From assembly GCA_019120635.1 (NCBI GenBank), contig DWUR01000100.1, positions 1,667 through 65,666 on the forward strand: DNA of 64,000 nt, written 5' to 3'. The translations under genes were made by a program, and so were the position numbers. The DNA comes from Candidatus Corynebacterium intestinavium (lineage in GTDB: Bacteria; Actinomycetota; Actinomycetes; Mycobacteriales; Mycobacteriaceae). This document shows positions 41,360 to 50,105 of the stretch, piece by piece. The first letter of the stretch is position 1, and the number at the start of each line of letters is the position of its first letter. Below the pieces are notes generated by a model, which saw nothing but the letters and a program-made list of their open reading frames with translations, had not been told where the DNA came from and ran no database searches.

Positions 41360-42526
41360 ATGCGCTCCGACTTGCTGCCCGCCTCCGGTTCCTACGCCGA
41401 TATTCCCATCGGCGAGGTACTCACCGAGGCGGGCGCAAGCATTCCCGAAACCTCACTGCGGCTGTACGCCTTCTACGACGCAGCCGAGCAGGCGGCGGTA
41501 CCCACGCCGCCGGAGGAGCGCCCCATCGTGCTGATCGAGCACGCCCTCACCGGCGACGGCAACGCCACCGACTGGTGGGCCGACATGGTCGGCGTGGGCA
41601 AACCGATCGACACCTCCAAGTACCTGGTGCTCTGCGCCAACGCCCTGGGCGGGTGCGCGGGATCCACCGGCCCCGGTTCCCTGCACCCGGAGGGTGGGTT
41701 CTGGGGCTCCCGATTCCCGGGGCTATCGATCCGCGACCTCGTGCAGGCCGAAAAGCAGCTGCTCGACGTGCTGGAGATCCCCCGGGTCCACGTGGTGCTC
41801 GGCGCCTCCATGGGTGGGGCGCGCAGCCTCGAGTGGTCGCTGCTCTACCCGGAGATGATGGACGCCGTCCTTCTCATCGCCGTCTCCGCCCGCGCCTCCG
41901 CGTGGCAGATCGGCATCCAGTCCGCGCAGATCCGCGTGATCGAGGCCGACCCGCTGTGGCACGGCGGGGACTACTACGAGGCCGGCATGGGCCCGGTCTG
42001 GGGCCTGGGCGAGGCGCGCCGCATCGCCCACTTGACCTACCGTGGCGAGCTGGAGGTCGACGAGCGCTTCGGCGCCGAGCCGCAGCGGGGAGAGAACCCG
42101 CTGGGCAAATTCCGCTCCCCCAATCAGCGCTTCTCAGTCGAAGGCTACCTGGACCGGCAGGCGATGAAGCTGCGCAACCGCTTCGACGCCGGCTCCTACG
42201 TCACCCTGACGGACGCCCTGAACCGCCACGACGTCGGCCGGGACCGCGGCGGCATGAACGCTGCCCTGGGTAACTCCACGGTCCCCACGATGGTCTGCGG
42301 CATCGACACGGATATCCTCTACCCCTATCACCAGCAGGAGCACCTCTCCCGCAACCTGGGTGCCTTCCTGGGGCTGTCCCAGATCACCTCTCCCACCGGC
42401 CACGATGGCTTCCTCATCGAGGCGCGCCAGATGGGCAATGTGCTGGAGAAGTTCCTTAACGCCGCCGAGGAGCTGGCCAAGAATCCGGAGCAGCGCGCGG
42501 AGATCCTGCAGCACCACAACCGCTAG
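41360..42526 (+). CDS. metX: Homoserine O-acetyltransferase
   Basis: HALTGD, NALGGCAGSTGP, GASMGG nucleophile elbow, TYR, GHDGFL. Confidence 0.95.
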   Translation: MRSDLLPASGSYADIPIGEVLTEAGASIPETSLRLYAFYDAAEQAAVPTPPEERPIVLIEHALTGDGNATDWWADMVGVGKPIDTSKYLVLCANALGGCAGSTGPGSLHPEGGFWGSRFPGLSIRDLVQAEKQLLDVLEIPRVHVVLGASMGGARSLEWSLLYPEMMDAVLLIAVSARASAWQIGIQSAQIRVIEADPLWHGGDYYEAGMGPVWGLGEARRIAHLTYRGELEVDERFGAEPQRGENPLGKFRSPNQRFSVEGYLDRQAMKLRNRFDAGSYVTLTDALNRHDVGRDRGGMNAALGNSTVPTMVCGIDTDILYPYHQQEHLSRNLGAFLGLSQITSPTGHDGFLIEARQMGNVLEKFLNAAEELAKNPEQRAEILQHHNR

Positions 42527-42634
42527 GACCCGCTAAGGGCGGCCACCGAACAACCGCCACCCAACCCCCGCACCCTGCTTCGCGGGATACCCAGCTCCGC
42601 GCCCCCCCGCGCAGGGACTCGGTCCGGATGCCCC

Positions 42635-43006
42635 CTAGCTGCCCAGCGTGTCCACGCTGATCGCCAGGTACATCATCAACAACCCCACGCCGCCGGCGAA
42701 GAGGCAATCAAATTTGCGGCTGCGGACCGCGAAAATCCCCAGCACGTCGGAGTCCACGACCCACCGGATCGCGGCCAAAAACACCAGGCTGGCCCCCATC
42801 GCCGTGGTGCCGCGGCGCCACCGGTCCGCCGCGATGAAGAACACCCCCACCGCCAGAAGCAGCAAAAACACCCCGATGAGCGCCCGCTGCGCGATCACCG
42901 GCAGCGGCGAGGCGGGCACGTCCCGGTCGTGCGGGTTGGCCAGCAGCTCGCGGCGGTAGGTGCCGATCTGCGCGGCCTCCGCCCGCTCCTCCGGGGTATC
43001 CGGCAT
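42635..43006 (-). CDS. DUF3017 membrane protein
   Basis: DRWRRGT...GIFAVRSRKFD motif; directly downstream of folD. Confidence 0.8.
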   Translation of the reverse strand: MPDTPEERAEAAQIGTYRRELLANPHDRDVPASPLPVIAQRALIGVFLLLLAVGVFFIAADRWRRGTTAMGASLVFLAAIRWVVDSDVLGIFAVRSRKFDCLFAGGVGLLMMYLAISVDTLGS

Positions 43007-43034
43007 CGTGCCCAGCTCCTCTAGCTCTAATCCC

Positions 43035-43898
43035 CTAGTTCTCGCCCTGCTCGGCGAGCAGCTCGGCGCGCTCCACGACATTGTGGACCAGGAAGGCACG
43101 GGTCAGCGGACCAACGCCACCCGGGTTCGGCGAGATCGCGCCCGCGACCTCCCAGACGTCCGGGTGCACGTCGCCGGCGAGCTTGCCGTCCAGGCGGGAG
43201 ACACCGACGTCGAGGATCGCCGCACCCGGCTTGACCATGTCCTTGGTCAGCATGTGCGGCTTACCTGCAGCGGCGACGATGATGTCGGCGTTGATGGTCT
43301 CCGCCTTCAGGTCCTTCGTGCCCGTGTGGCAGAGGGTGACGGTGGCGTTCTCGCTGCGGCGGGTCAGCATCAGGCCGATCGGGCGGCCAACGGTCACGCC
43401 GCGGCCGATGACGACGACCTTCGCGCCGTTCAGCTCGACGTCGTAGCGGCGCAGCAGGCTGATCGCACCGTTCGGGGTGCACGGCAGCGGGGCGGGCTCG
43501 TTGAGCACCAGCTTGCCGAGGTTCACCGGGTGCAGGCCATCGGCGTCCTTGGCCGGGTCGATGCGCTCCAGCACCGCGTTTTCGTCGAGGTGCTTCGGCA
43601 GCGGCAGCTGCACGATGTAGCCGGTGCACTCCGGGTCCGCGTTGAGCTCGTCGATGACGGCGTTGAGCTCCTCCTGGGTCACGTCCGCCGGCAGGTCCTT
43701 GCGGATGGACTTCACGCCGATCTGCTCGCAGTCCTTGTGCTTCATCCGCACGTAGGAGTGGCTCGCCGGGTCGTCCCCGACCAGGACCGTTGCCAGGCCC
43801 GGGGTGATCCCCTTGGCCCGCAGAGCGTCGACTCGTTGCTTCAGGTCCGCGAAGATCTCGTCGCGGTACTTCTTTCCATCCAGGGTAATCGCAGCCAT
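43035..43898 (-). CDS. folD: Methylenetetrahydrofolate dehydrogenase/cyclohydrolase
   Basis: [48 protein letters not shown]. Confidence 0.97.
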   Translation of the reverse strand: MAAITLDGKKYRDEIFADLKQRVDALRAKGITPGLATVLVGDDPASHSYVRMKHKDCEQIGVKSIRKDLPADVTQEELNAVIDELNADPECTGYIVQLPLPKHLDENAVLERIDPAKDADGLHPVNLGKLVLNEPAPLPCTPNGAISLLRRYDVELNGAKVVVIGRGVTVGRPIGLMLTRRSENATVTLCHTGTKDLKAETINADIIVAAAGKPHMLTKDMVKPGAAILDVGVSRLDGKLAGDVHPDVWEVAGAISPNPGGVGPLTRAFLVHNVVERAELLAEQGEN

Positions 43899-43983
43899 GC
43901 CAGCCATTATTCCACAGGCCTACCGCTGCCCCACCGGCGTGCGCCCCGGTTCCCCCACTTCAGGGCGGGCACCCGATCGCCCG

Positions 43984-44592
43984 CTACAGTCCGCCCGGGA
44001 AACCGAGCTGCCTCCAGGCCTCGTAGGCCGCCACCGCCGCCGCGTTCGAGAGGTTCATGCTGCGCCGGGCCGGCAGCATCGGGATCCGCAGCTGCGCGGT
44101 GATCCGGGGGTCGGCCAGGGTGTCCTCGTCCAGGCCGGTGGTTTCGGGACCGAAGAGGAGGACGTCGCCGCGGCGGAACTCCACGTCCGTAAACCAGGTT
44201 TCCGCGTGCGTCGTGAAGGCGAAGATCCTCGCCCGGGGTTGGGCGCCACCCTCCGCCTGCTTCCGACCCAGCTCTGCCTGCTTCCGACTCACCCCAGTCA
44301 GGTGCGCAGCTGCGGCCTCGAAATCCTCGTGGAGCTGCACATCCGCCAAGTCGTGATAGTCCAGCCCGGCGCGGCGGACGTGCTTCTCCTCGAAGTTGAA
44401 ACCCAGCGGGCCCGCCAGGTGCAACGCCGCCCCGGTGCCCGCGCACATGCGGATCGCGTTGCCCGTGTTTGGCGGGATCTGCGGCTGATCGAACAGGATA
44501 TGGAAGGGCGGGTCGGCGGCCGGCCGGGGTGACGTCGTCAAAGAAGAAGAGCGACCTGAGGCGGAAGCGGGAGTGGAAGGCTGCGAAGACAC
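43984..44592 (-). CDS. trmL: tRNA (cytidine(34)-2'-O)-methyltransferase
   Basis: QIPPNTGNAIR, RRAGLDY, LLFGPETTGL, RIPM...RSMNLSN; start uncertain (GTG 44592 or 44601). Confidence 0.92.
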   Translation of the reverse strand: MSSQPSTPASASGRSSSLTTSPRPAADPPFHILFDQPQIPPNTGNAIRMCAGTGAALHLAGPLGFNFEEKHVRRAGLDYHDLADVQLHEDFEAAAAHLTGVSRKQAELGRKQAEGGAQPRARIFAFTTHAETWFTDVEFRRGDVLLFGPETTGLDEDTLADPRITAQLRIPMLPARRSMNLSNAAAVAAYEAWRQLGFPGGL

Positions 44593-44711
44593 GCCACTCA
44601 CCTTATCCGCGCCCGCGGGGGCTCACGGCACCGGAACACGGTAAGAATGGAGGGGAAGAACCCGACGATCGGGCACGAAGCCCATCAGACGATGAAAGAG
44701 GTCGATCAGAC

Positions 44712-46052
44712 ATGGCTGATGCACCGAAGGACGCAACACCGCAAGGCAAGAAGACCGCGAATGGCGGAAAGCAGCACCCGGTGGACATCACCCTGTTCGG
44801 CGCGACCGGATTCGTCGGCAAGATCCTCGCGGCCTGGCTGGCAGAACACGCGCCGAAGGATGTCACCATCGCGCTGGCCGGCCGCAACCGCGAGAAGCTC
44901 GTCTTCCTCAAGCAGCAGCTGCTGACCGTCCACCAGGGAGTGATGGACTGGCAGATCGTGGAGGCCGATGCCTTCGACGAGGACGCCATGACCGAGCTGG
45001 CGAAGAACACCCGCGTGGTGATCTCCACGGTGGGCCCGTTCGTTCGTTACGGCGAGGACCTCGTGCGCGCCTGCGCGGAGGCCGGCACCCATTACGTGGA
45101 CTCCACCGGCGAGGTGCTGTTCATGCGCAAGATGATCGACAAGTACGACGACGTGGCGAAGGCCAACGGGGCGCGAATCATCCACGCCTGTGGCTTCGAC
45201 TCCGTGCCCTCCGATATCGGCATGCTGCTGATCAGCGAGGCCGCAGCCAAGGATGGCAAGAAGCTGGCCGAGGTGACGAACCTGGTCAGCATGCGCGGGG
45301 CCATGTCCGGCGGCACCGTGGAGTCCGCACGCGAGCAGTTCCAGGCCGCACAGCGCGACCCGGAGCAGGGGCGCGTGCTGGCTGACCCGTACTCCCTGAG
45401 CCCGGCGCGCGAGGCGGAGCCTGAGCTGGGTGAGCAGCCGGATTATGGCGTGCTACAGACCGAGACCGTCGGCGCCCCGGAGGGTTGGGCAGGTCCTTTC
45501 CTCATGGCCTCGGTGAACACCCGCGTGGTGCGCCGCTCCAATGCGCTGAGCGGCTTCAAGTACGGCAAGTCTCTGCGCTACCGCGAGTTCCAGACCACCG
45601 GGCCGGGTCTGAAGGGCCGCGTTCAGGCCTATGCGCTCGGCGGGGTGCAGCAGACGATGCTGACCGCGATGAAGGCGCCGAAGCTGCGGGACTTCATCTC
45701 CCAGTGGGCACCGGAGCCGGGCGAGGGTCCGACGAGCAAGGCGCAGGAGAATGGCTACTTCCGCTGCGTATTCCACGGCTTCGTGAAGCCGAACCCGGCG
45801 CCGAACGTGGAGCCGGATTACATCGCCACCCTGTACTCCCAGGGAGACCCGGGCTACCGCTCAACCTCCCGAATGCTGGGCACCGCGGCACTCACGCTGC
45901 TCAAGGACGAGGCGGAGCTGCCGGGTGCTGAAGGCGGCGTGCTGACCCCAGCGACGGGCCTGGGCATGGTGTACGTGCGTCGCCTCCGCGAGTCCGGGAT
46001 GCGACTGGACGTGGCACGGGGCGGGCTCTACCGCACCTCCACGCCGCAGTAG
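44712..46052 (+). CDS. Saccharopine dehydrogenase-like oxidoreductase / trans-acting enoyl reductase family
   Basis: ITLFGATGFVG, AGRNREKL, STVGPF, HYVDSTGE, CGFDSVPSD, GDPGYRST, GGVLTPA. Confidence 0.85.
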   Translation: MADAPKDATPQGKKTANGGKQHPVDITLFGATGFVGKILAAWLAEHAPKDVTIALAGRNREKLVFLKQQLLTVHQGVMDWQIVEADAFDEDAMTELAKNTRVVISTVGPFVRYGEDLVRACAEAGTHYVDSTGEVLFMRKMIDKYDDVAKANGARIIHACGFDSVPSDIGMLLISEAAAKDGKKLAEVTNLVSMRGAMSGGTVESAREQFQAAQRDPEQGRVLADPYSLSPAREAEPELGEQPDYGVLQTETVGAPEGWAGPFLMASVNTRVVRRSNALSGFKYGKSLRYREFQTTGPGLKGRVQAYALGGVQQTMLTAMKAPKLRDFISQWAPEPGEGPTSKAQENGYFRCVFHGFVKPNPAPNVEPDYIATLYSQGDPGYRSTSRMLGTAALTLLKDEAELPGAEGGVLTPATGLGMVYVRRLRESGMRLDVARGGLYRTSTPQ

Positions 46053-46128
46053 CTGCGGAGTTCGGCGGTCGGGCGGGGCCGTGTGGGGCCCTGCCGTGTG
46101 GTCCCGCCGTGTGGACGGGGCCGGTGGC

Positions 46129-46812
46129 TTAGCTTTCTATCCGGGCGGGGCCATTGGCGACGACGAGGTCCGGGGCAGGGCGCCGGGCGATGTGGGCGCG
46201 CTCTTGGGCGGCCCACATCGCCCACCAGGGGGCGTAGTAGGGGTCTCGATGCAGCGCGCGCTGCTTGCGCAGCTTGGTGGGGGCGTCCAGCACCAGGGTC
46301 CGGTGGGGGATACCGCGACGGCGCAGCACGGCCAGGGACTCAGGACTTAGGGCACCGACGCCTTCGACGATTAGTGGGCGGCCGGGGTCCAGTGGCTGCC
46401 ACTGCGCGGGGGCGTTCTTCTCCCAGTCCCAGCGGCGAAAGCCCGGGCAATTGGGCTGCAGCACCTCGGCGGCGAGCATGCGCGCCGCGGCGAAGAGCCC
46501 GCCCCAGCCGGGGTAGAAATCCTCCAGGTGCACCAGTTGGGGTGCGGTGCCGGGGGTTGGGGACGTGCTCGGTGATGCGCCGGTCTGTTGGCTGGGCGCA
46601 CCGAGTGTGGCCATGAGGCGTTCCGCAAAGTGAGTCTTGCCGGAGCCGCTGCGACCGTCGATGAGGATCGCCCACCGCGGGTCACGGCCCGCGCGGGGTC
46701 GAGGTGCAGCAGCCGACTCGATCTGTGCGGCTCGGCAGCCTCGCTGTCTTGCGACCCAGGTGGAGAGCTCGCGGATGGCATCCGCTGGGGAGAGCTGCGA
46801 AGCGCTAGCCAT
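46129..46812 (-). CDS. P-loop kinase-like protein (nucleoside/uridine kinase-like fold), function unknown
   Basis: Walker A IDGRSGSGKT, HLEDFYPGW, LIVEGVG; start overlaps the ykoC stop by 8 nt. Confidence 0.75.
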   Translation of the reverse strand: MASASQLSPADAIRELSTWVARQRGCRAAQIESAAAPRPRAGRDPRWAILIDGRSGSGKTHFAERLMATLGAPSQQTGASPSTSPTPGTAPQLVHLEDFYPGWGGLFAAARMLAAEVLQPNCPGFRRWDWEKNAPAQWQPLDPGRPLIVEGVGALSPESLAVLRRRGIPHRTLVLDAPTKLRKQRALHRDPYYAPWWAMWAAQERAHIARRPAPDLVVANGPARIES

Positions 46813-47590
46813 TCTGTACTCCCAGCAGCACGAAGTGGCCGGTCCACACCGCGATGCCCAGGGAGAGCAGGCTCAGTGCCAGCGATCCTGCCACCACGGC
46901 CCAGTCCCAGCCGCCGAAGCGGACCTGCCGGGCCCAGGCGCGTTCGATGGGCTGCCCCTCGGCGTTATGCGTGGCACCGAAGCCACGGGCCTCCATCGCG
47001 GTGGCCAGTTTGGAGCCGCGGCGCAGCGCCAGCACGAGCAGGCTGAAAGACTGCTGCACCGCACGCTTCAGCTTGCCCTCATCCCCCAGACCGCGGGCGC
47101 GGCGGGCGCGCTCCACGGCTGTCCAGTCCTCCCGGAACAGGCTGACGAGGCGAACGCCCGCCACCGCGCCGATGACGAAGCGGGTGGGCAGCTTCCATAG
47201 CTGGGCAAGGCCGTCGCCCAGGCGGGTGGGGTCCATGTCCGCGGTGAGCACCACGGCTGGCACGCCCACCGCCAGCACGCGGATCATCACCGCGATGGCC
47301 AGCTGCACCGAGTTCTCGGTGATGTGGATGAAGCCCCATTCCAGGTAGCTCTGCCCGCTGGCCCGACCGTAGAAGAGCATGCTCACGCCCGTCAGCGGGG
47401 CTAGGAGCAGCAGCGGCCAGGCCCGGCGGAACAGCCGGGCGGGCCCGACGCCACACAAGGGTGCGACGACGAGCAGGGTCAGCGCGAAGGACACGCTGGC
47501 GCTCACGATATCGATGCTGATCAGCAGCGGGGTGGTCAGCAACGCGAGCGCGAGCAGCCGGGTGGATGGGTCGATGCGTTCCAGGATCAT
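46805..47590 (-). CDS. ykoC: ECF transporter T component
   Basis: RARRARG and AMEARGFG motifs; in the TPP operon. Confidence 0.88.
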   Translation of the reverse strand: MILERIDPSTRLLALALLTTPLLISIDIVSASVSFALTLLVVAPLCGVGPARLFRRAWPLLLLAPLTGVSMLFYGRASGQSYLEWGFIHITENSVQLAIAVMIRVLAVGVPAVVLTADMDPTRLGDGLAQLWKLPTRFVIGAVAGVRLVSLFREDWTAVERARRARGLGDEGKLKRAVQQSFSLLVLALRRGSKLATAMEARGFGATHNAEGQPIERAWARQVRFGGWDWAVVAGSLALSLLSLGIAVWTGHFVLLGVQNG

Positions 47591-49287
47591 GCCCGCACCT
47601 CCAGGCCGGGGCCCTGGGGCAGGTGCCAGTGGTGCTGGCCCAGGGCGGCGAAGTAGTCCGCGTCGTGGGTGATGGACAGCAGCCCCATGCCACCGTCCGC
47701 CAGTTGTTGCAGCAACCCCACCAGGGCGGTGAACGTGTTGAGGTCCTGGCCGAAGGTGGGCTCGTCCAGGATCAGCAGGCGCGGCTCGGTGGCCAGCACC
47801 GCGGCCACGGAGAGCCGGCGCTTCTCCCCGCCCGAGAGGGTGAAGGGATTGGCCGCCGCGAGGTGGGTCAACCCGAGGGTGCCCAGCAGCTCATCGGCGC
47901 GCCGCTCGGCTGCGGCGGCGTTCATCCCGGCGGCCTTGGGGCCGAGCAGCAGCTCGTCGCGGACGGTGCGGGCGGCGAGCTGGTGTTCCGGGCTTTGGAA
48001 GACGTAGCCGATGCGGCGGACCAGGTACTTCGAGCGCCAGCTTCTGGGGTCCGGGGTTTCTCGGCGCCTGGGCTTGGCGGGCTGGAGCCCACTGGCGTTC
48101 AGCTCCCCGCCCGCCGCGGGAACGAGGCCCGCGAGGGTGAGGGCCAGGGTGGATTTTCCGGTGCCGTTGCCGCCGGTCAGGCAGGTCGACCCTGGCTCCA
48201 GGGCAGCGGTGATGCCGGTGCGGATGGCGTGCTGGCCCCAGCCGATGGTGAGGTCGCGGGTGCGCAGCAGTGGCGCCCCGCTCGCGTGGGAGTTCCCACC
48301 TGCGGGCGAGGACGCAGCGTCGATTAGCGTTTCAGCATCGGTCGGGTGACCAACGGTGCCTCGGTTGCCAGCATGGTTCTGGTGATCAGCATGGCTCCGG
48401 TTGCCATTTGAACCGGGCGCGGCCTTCATCGCGCCCAGCTCGGGCGGCGGGGTGCCCATGCGTCGCAGTGCGGGCGAGATGCCCGGCACCCAGATGCCCG
48501 CCTCGGCGAGCCGGTCGGCGTGGGCGTCCAGGATCTGCCCGGCCGGGCCGTCGGCGAGCACTCCCCCGGCCTGCCGGCCACCACTGACCTGCTCCCCCTC
48601 GCCGCTGGGGTTGGTCTCCCCGAGCACGAGGATGCGGTCGACGTGCCCGGCCCAGGTGGCCGCGCGGTGCTCCACCACGATGAGCGTGGCGCCGGTCTCC
48701 TCGCAGGCGCGGATGACGGCGTCGCGCACCTCGGCCACCCCCTCCGGGTCGAGGTTGGCGGTCGGCTCGTCCAGCACGATCACCCGAGGTCGCATGGCCA
48801 GCACCCCAGCCAGCGCGAGCCGTTGCTTCTGCCCGCCGGAGAGCCGGTGGGTGGATCGGTCGAGGTCCAGCTCCCCCAGCCCGACGGTGCGCAGGGAATC
48901 CGTGGCGCGCTGCCACATCTCCTCCCGCGGGATGCCGAGGTTCTCGCAGCCGAAGACCACGTCGTCGCCGACTCGGGCGGCGATGACCTGCGAATCCGGG
49001 TCCTGCAGCACCATGCCGACCAGCCCGCGCGCCTGGGCGGGATCCTTGCCGTCCACGCGGATGGCACCGCGCTGCTCGCCGTCCTCGGCGTCCCCCAGTA
49101 CCCCGGCGATGCCCGCAAGCAGGGTAGATTTGCCCGCGCCCGAGGCCCCGAGCAACAGGACTCGCTCCCCCGGCTCAAAGCGTGCGGTGATGTTCACGAT
49201 GGCCGGGTTCTTCCGGCCGGCGTGGCGCCAGCCGAAGTCGGTGATCTCCACGACCGCCCCGCCCGGCGGCCGCCCGTGCCTCGTCAT
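47587..49287 (-). CDS. ykoD: ECF transporter dual ATPase (A-A')
   Basis: GASGAGKST/LSGGQKQR/LDEPT and GGNGTGKST/LSGGEKRR/LDEPTFGQD. Confidence 0.9.
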   Translation of the reverse strand: MTRHGRPPGGAVVEITDFGWRHAGRKNPAIVNITARFEPGERVLLLGASGAGKSTLLAGIAGVLGDAEDGEQRGAIRVDGKDPAQARGLVGMVLQDPDSQVIAARVGDDVVFGCENLGIPREEMWQRATDSLRTVGLGELDLDRSTHRLSGGQKQRLALAGVLAMRPRVIVLDEPTANLDPEGVAEVRDAVIRACEETGATLIVVEHRAATWAGHVDRILVLGETNPSGEGEQVSGGRQAGGVLADGPAGQILDAHADRLAEAGIWVPGISPALRRMGTPPPELGAMKAAPGSNGNRSHADHQNHAGNRGTVGHPTDAETLIDAASSPAGGNSHASGAPLLRTRDLTIGWGQHAIRTGITAALEPGSTCLTGGNGTGKSTLALTLAGLVPAAGGELNASGLQPAKPRRRETPDPRSWRSKYLVRRIGYVFQSPEHQLAARTVRDELLLGPKAAGMNAAAAERRADELLGTLGLTHLAAANPFTLSGGEKRRLSVAAVLATEPRLLILDEPTFGQDLNTFTALVGLLQQLADGGMGLLSITHDADYFAALGQHHWHLPQGPGLEVRA

Positions 49288-49307
49288 GGCCCTTTCCCCT
49301 TATCGGC

Positions 49308-49967
49308 CTAGACCAGTTGTTGGCGTTGCCTGCCTGCCGGGAAGCGGTCGAGCGCCCCGGTGGCGGCCAGGCCGCGGACGAGCAGCCAGCCCACCAGCCC
49401 CGCCAGCAGGATGCCGGAGAGAATCATGGTGGACAGGTAGGTGGCGTTGAAGGCCAGGGACTTCGCGTAGTTACCGCTGGTCGCCAGCTCCAGGACGAAC
49501 TCGAAGATGGCGGCCACAGCGCCGGCGGCCATGGCCACTCCCAGCCCAGCGCGGCGGTAGGCGAAGATCGCGAAGACCAGCTCCGCACCCAGCCCCTGGG
49601 CCAGGCCGGAGTACAGGGTCTCGATGCCCCAGTGGTTGCCCAGCAGCGCGGAGACCACGGCGGCGAGCACCTCGACGAAAAGTGCCGCACCTGGCTTGCG
49701 GATGATCAGCCCACCCAGCACGCCACCGAGCAGCCAGATGCCGACCGCGAGCCCGCCGAGGCCCGGGGTGGCGGCATCGAAGACACCATAGGCCGCGCCC
49801 CCGATTCCATTCCATACCCAGAAGATCAGTCCGCAGGCCACACCGAGCACGGCGGCGACGATGATGTCCACGACGCGCCAGGACTTGCTGTGCTGCGTGG
49901 CCTGCTGCTCCCCTGCGAAGCCACTGGTGGCACTGTTCTGTGGTGATTTTTCGGGCGTGATGCTCAC
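49308..49967 (-). CDS. ykoE: ECF transporter S component, thiamine/HMP-related
   Basis: WRVVDII, IIRKPGAA, QGLGAEL; directly downstream of a TPP riboswitch. Confidence 0.9.
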   Translation of the reverse strand: MSITPEKSPQNSATSGFAGEQQATQHSKSWRVVDIIVAAVLGVACGLIFWVWNGIGGAAYGVFDAATPGLGGLAVGIWLLGGVLGGLIIRKPGAALFVEVLAAVVSALLGNHWGIETLYSGLAQGLGAELVFAIFAYRRAGLGVAMAAGAVAAIFEFVLELATSGNYAKSLAFNATYLSTMILSGILLAGLVGWLLVRGLAATGALDRFPAGRQRQQLV

Positions 49968-49970
49968 GGT

Positions 49971-50075
49971 TATCCTCCCTATCGCCGGCATGATCCGGAT
50001 CAGGTTTAACGGTCGGCACCACGATGCTGGCGCCCTCTCAGCCCGGACTTTCTCCCGGACTCCCGCGTTGGTCGG
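49971..50075 (-). promoter_or_regulatory. TPP riboswitch (translational type; RBS GGAGG at its 3' end)
   Basis: Minus strand reads GGGAGTCCGGG...CCGGGCTGAGAGG...GACCGTTAAACCTGATCCGGATCATGCCGGCGATAGGGAG, with the hallmark CTGAGA and ACCTGAT elements. Confidence 0.93.
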
Positions 50076-50105
50076 CTCTAACCCTAGCAGCTGCCCCGGA
50101 CAGCC

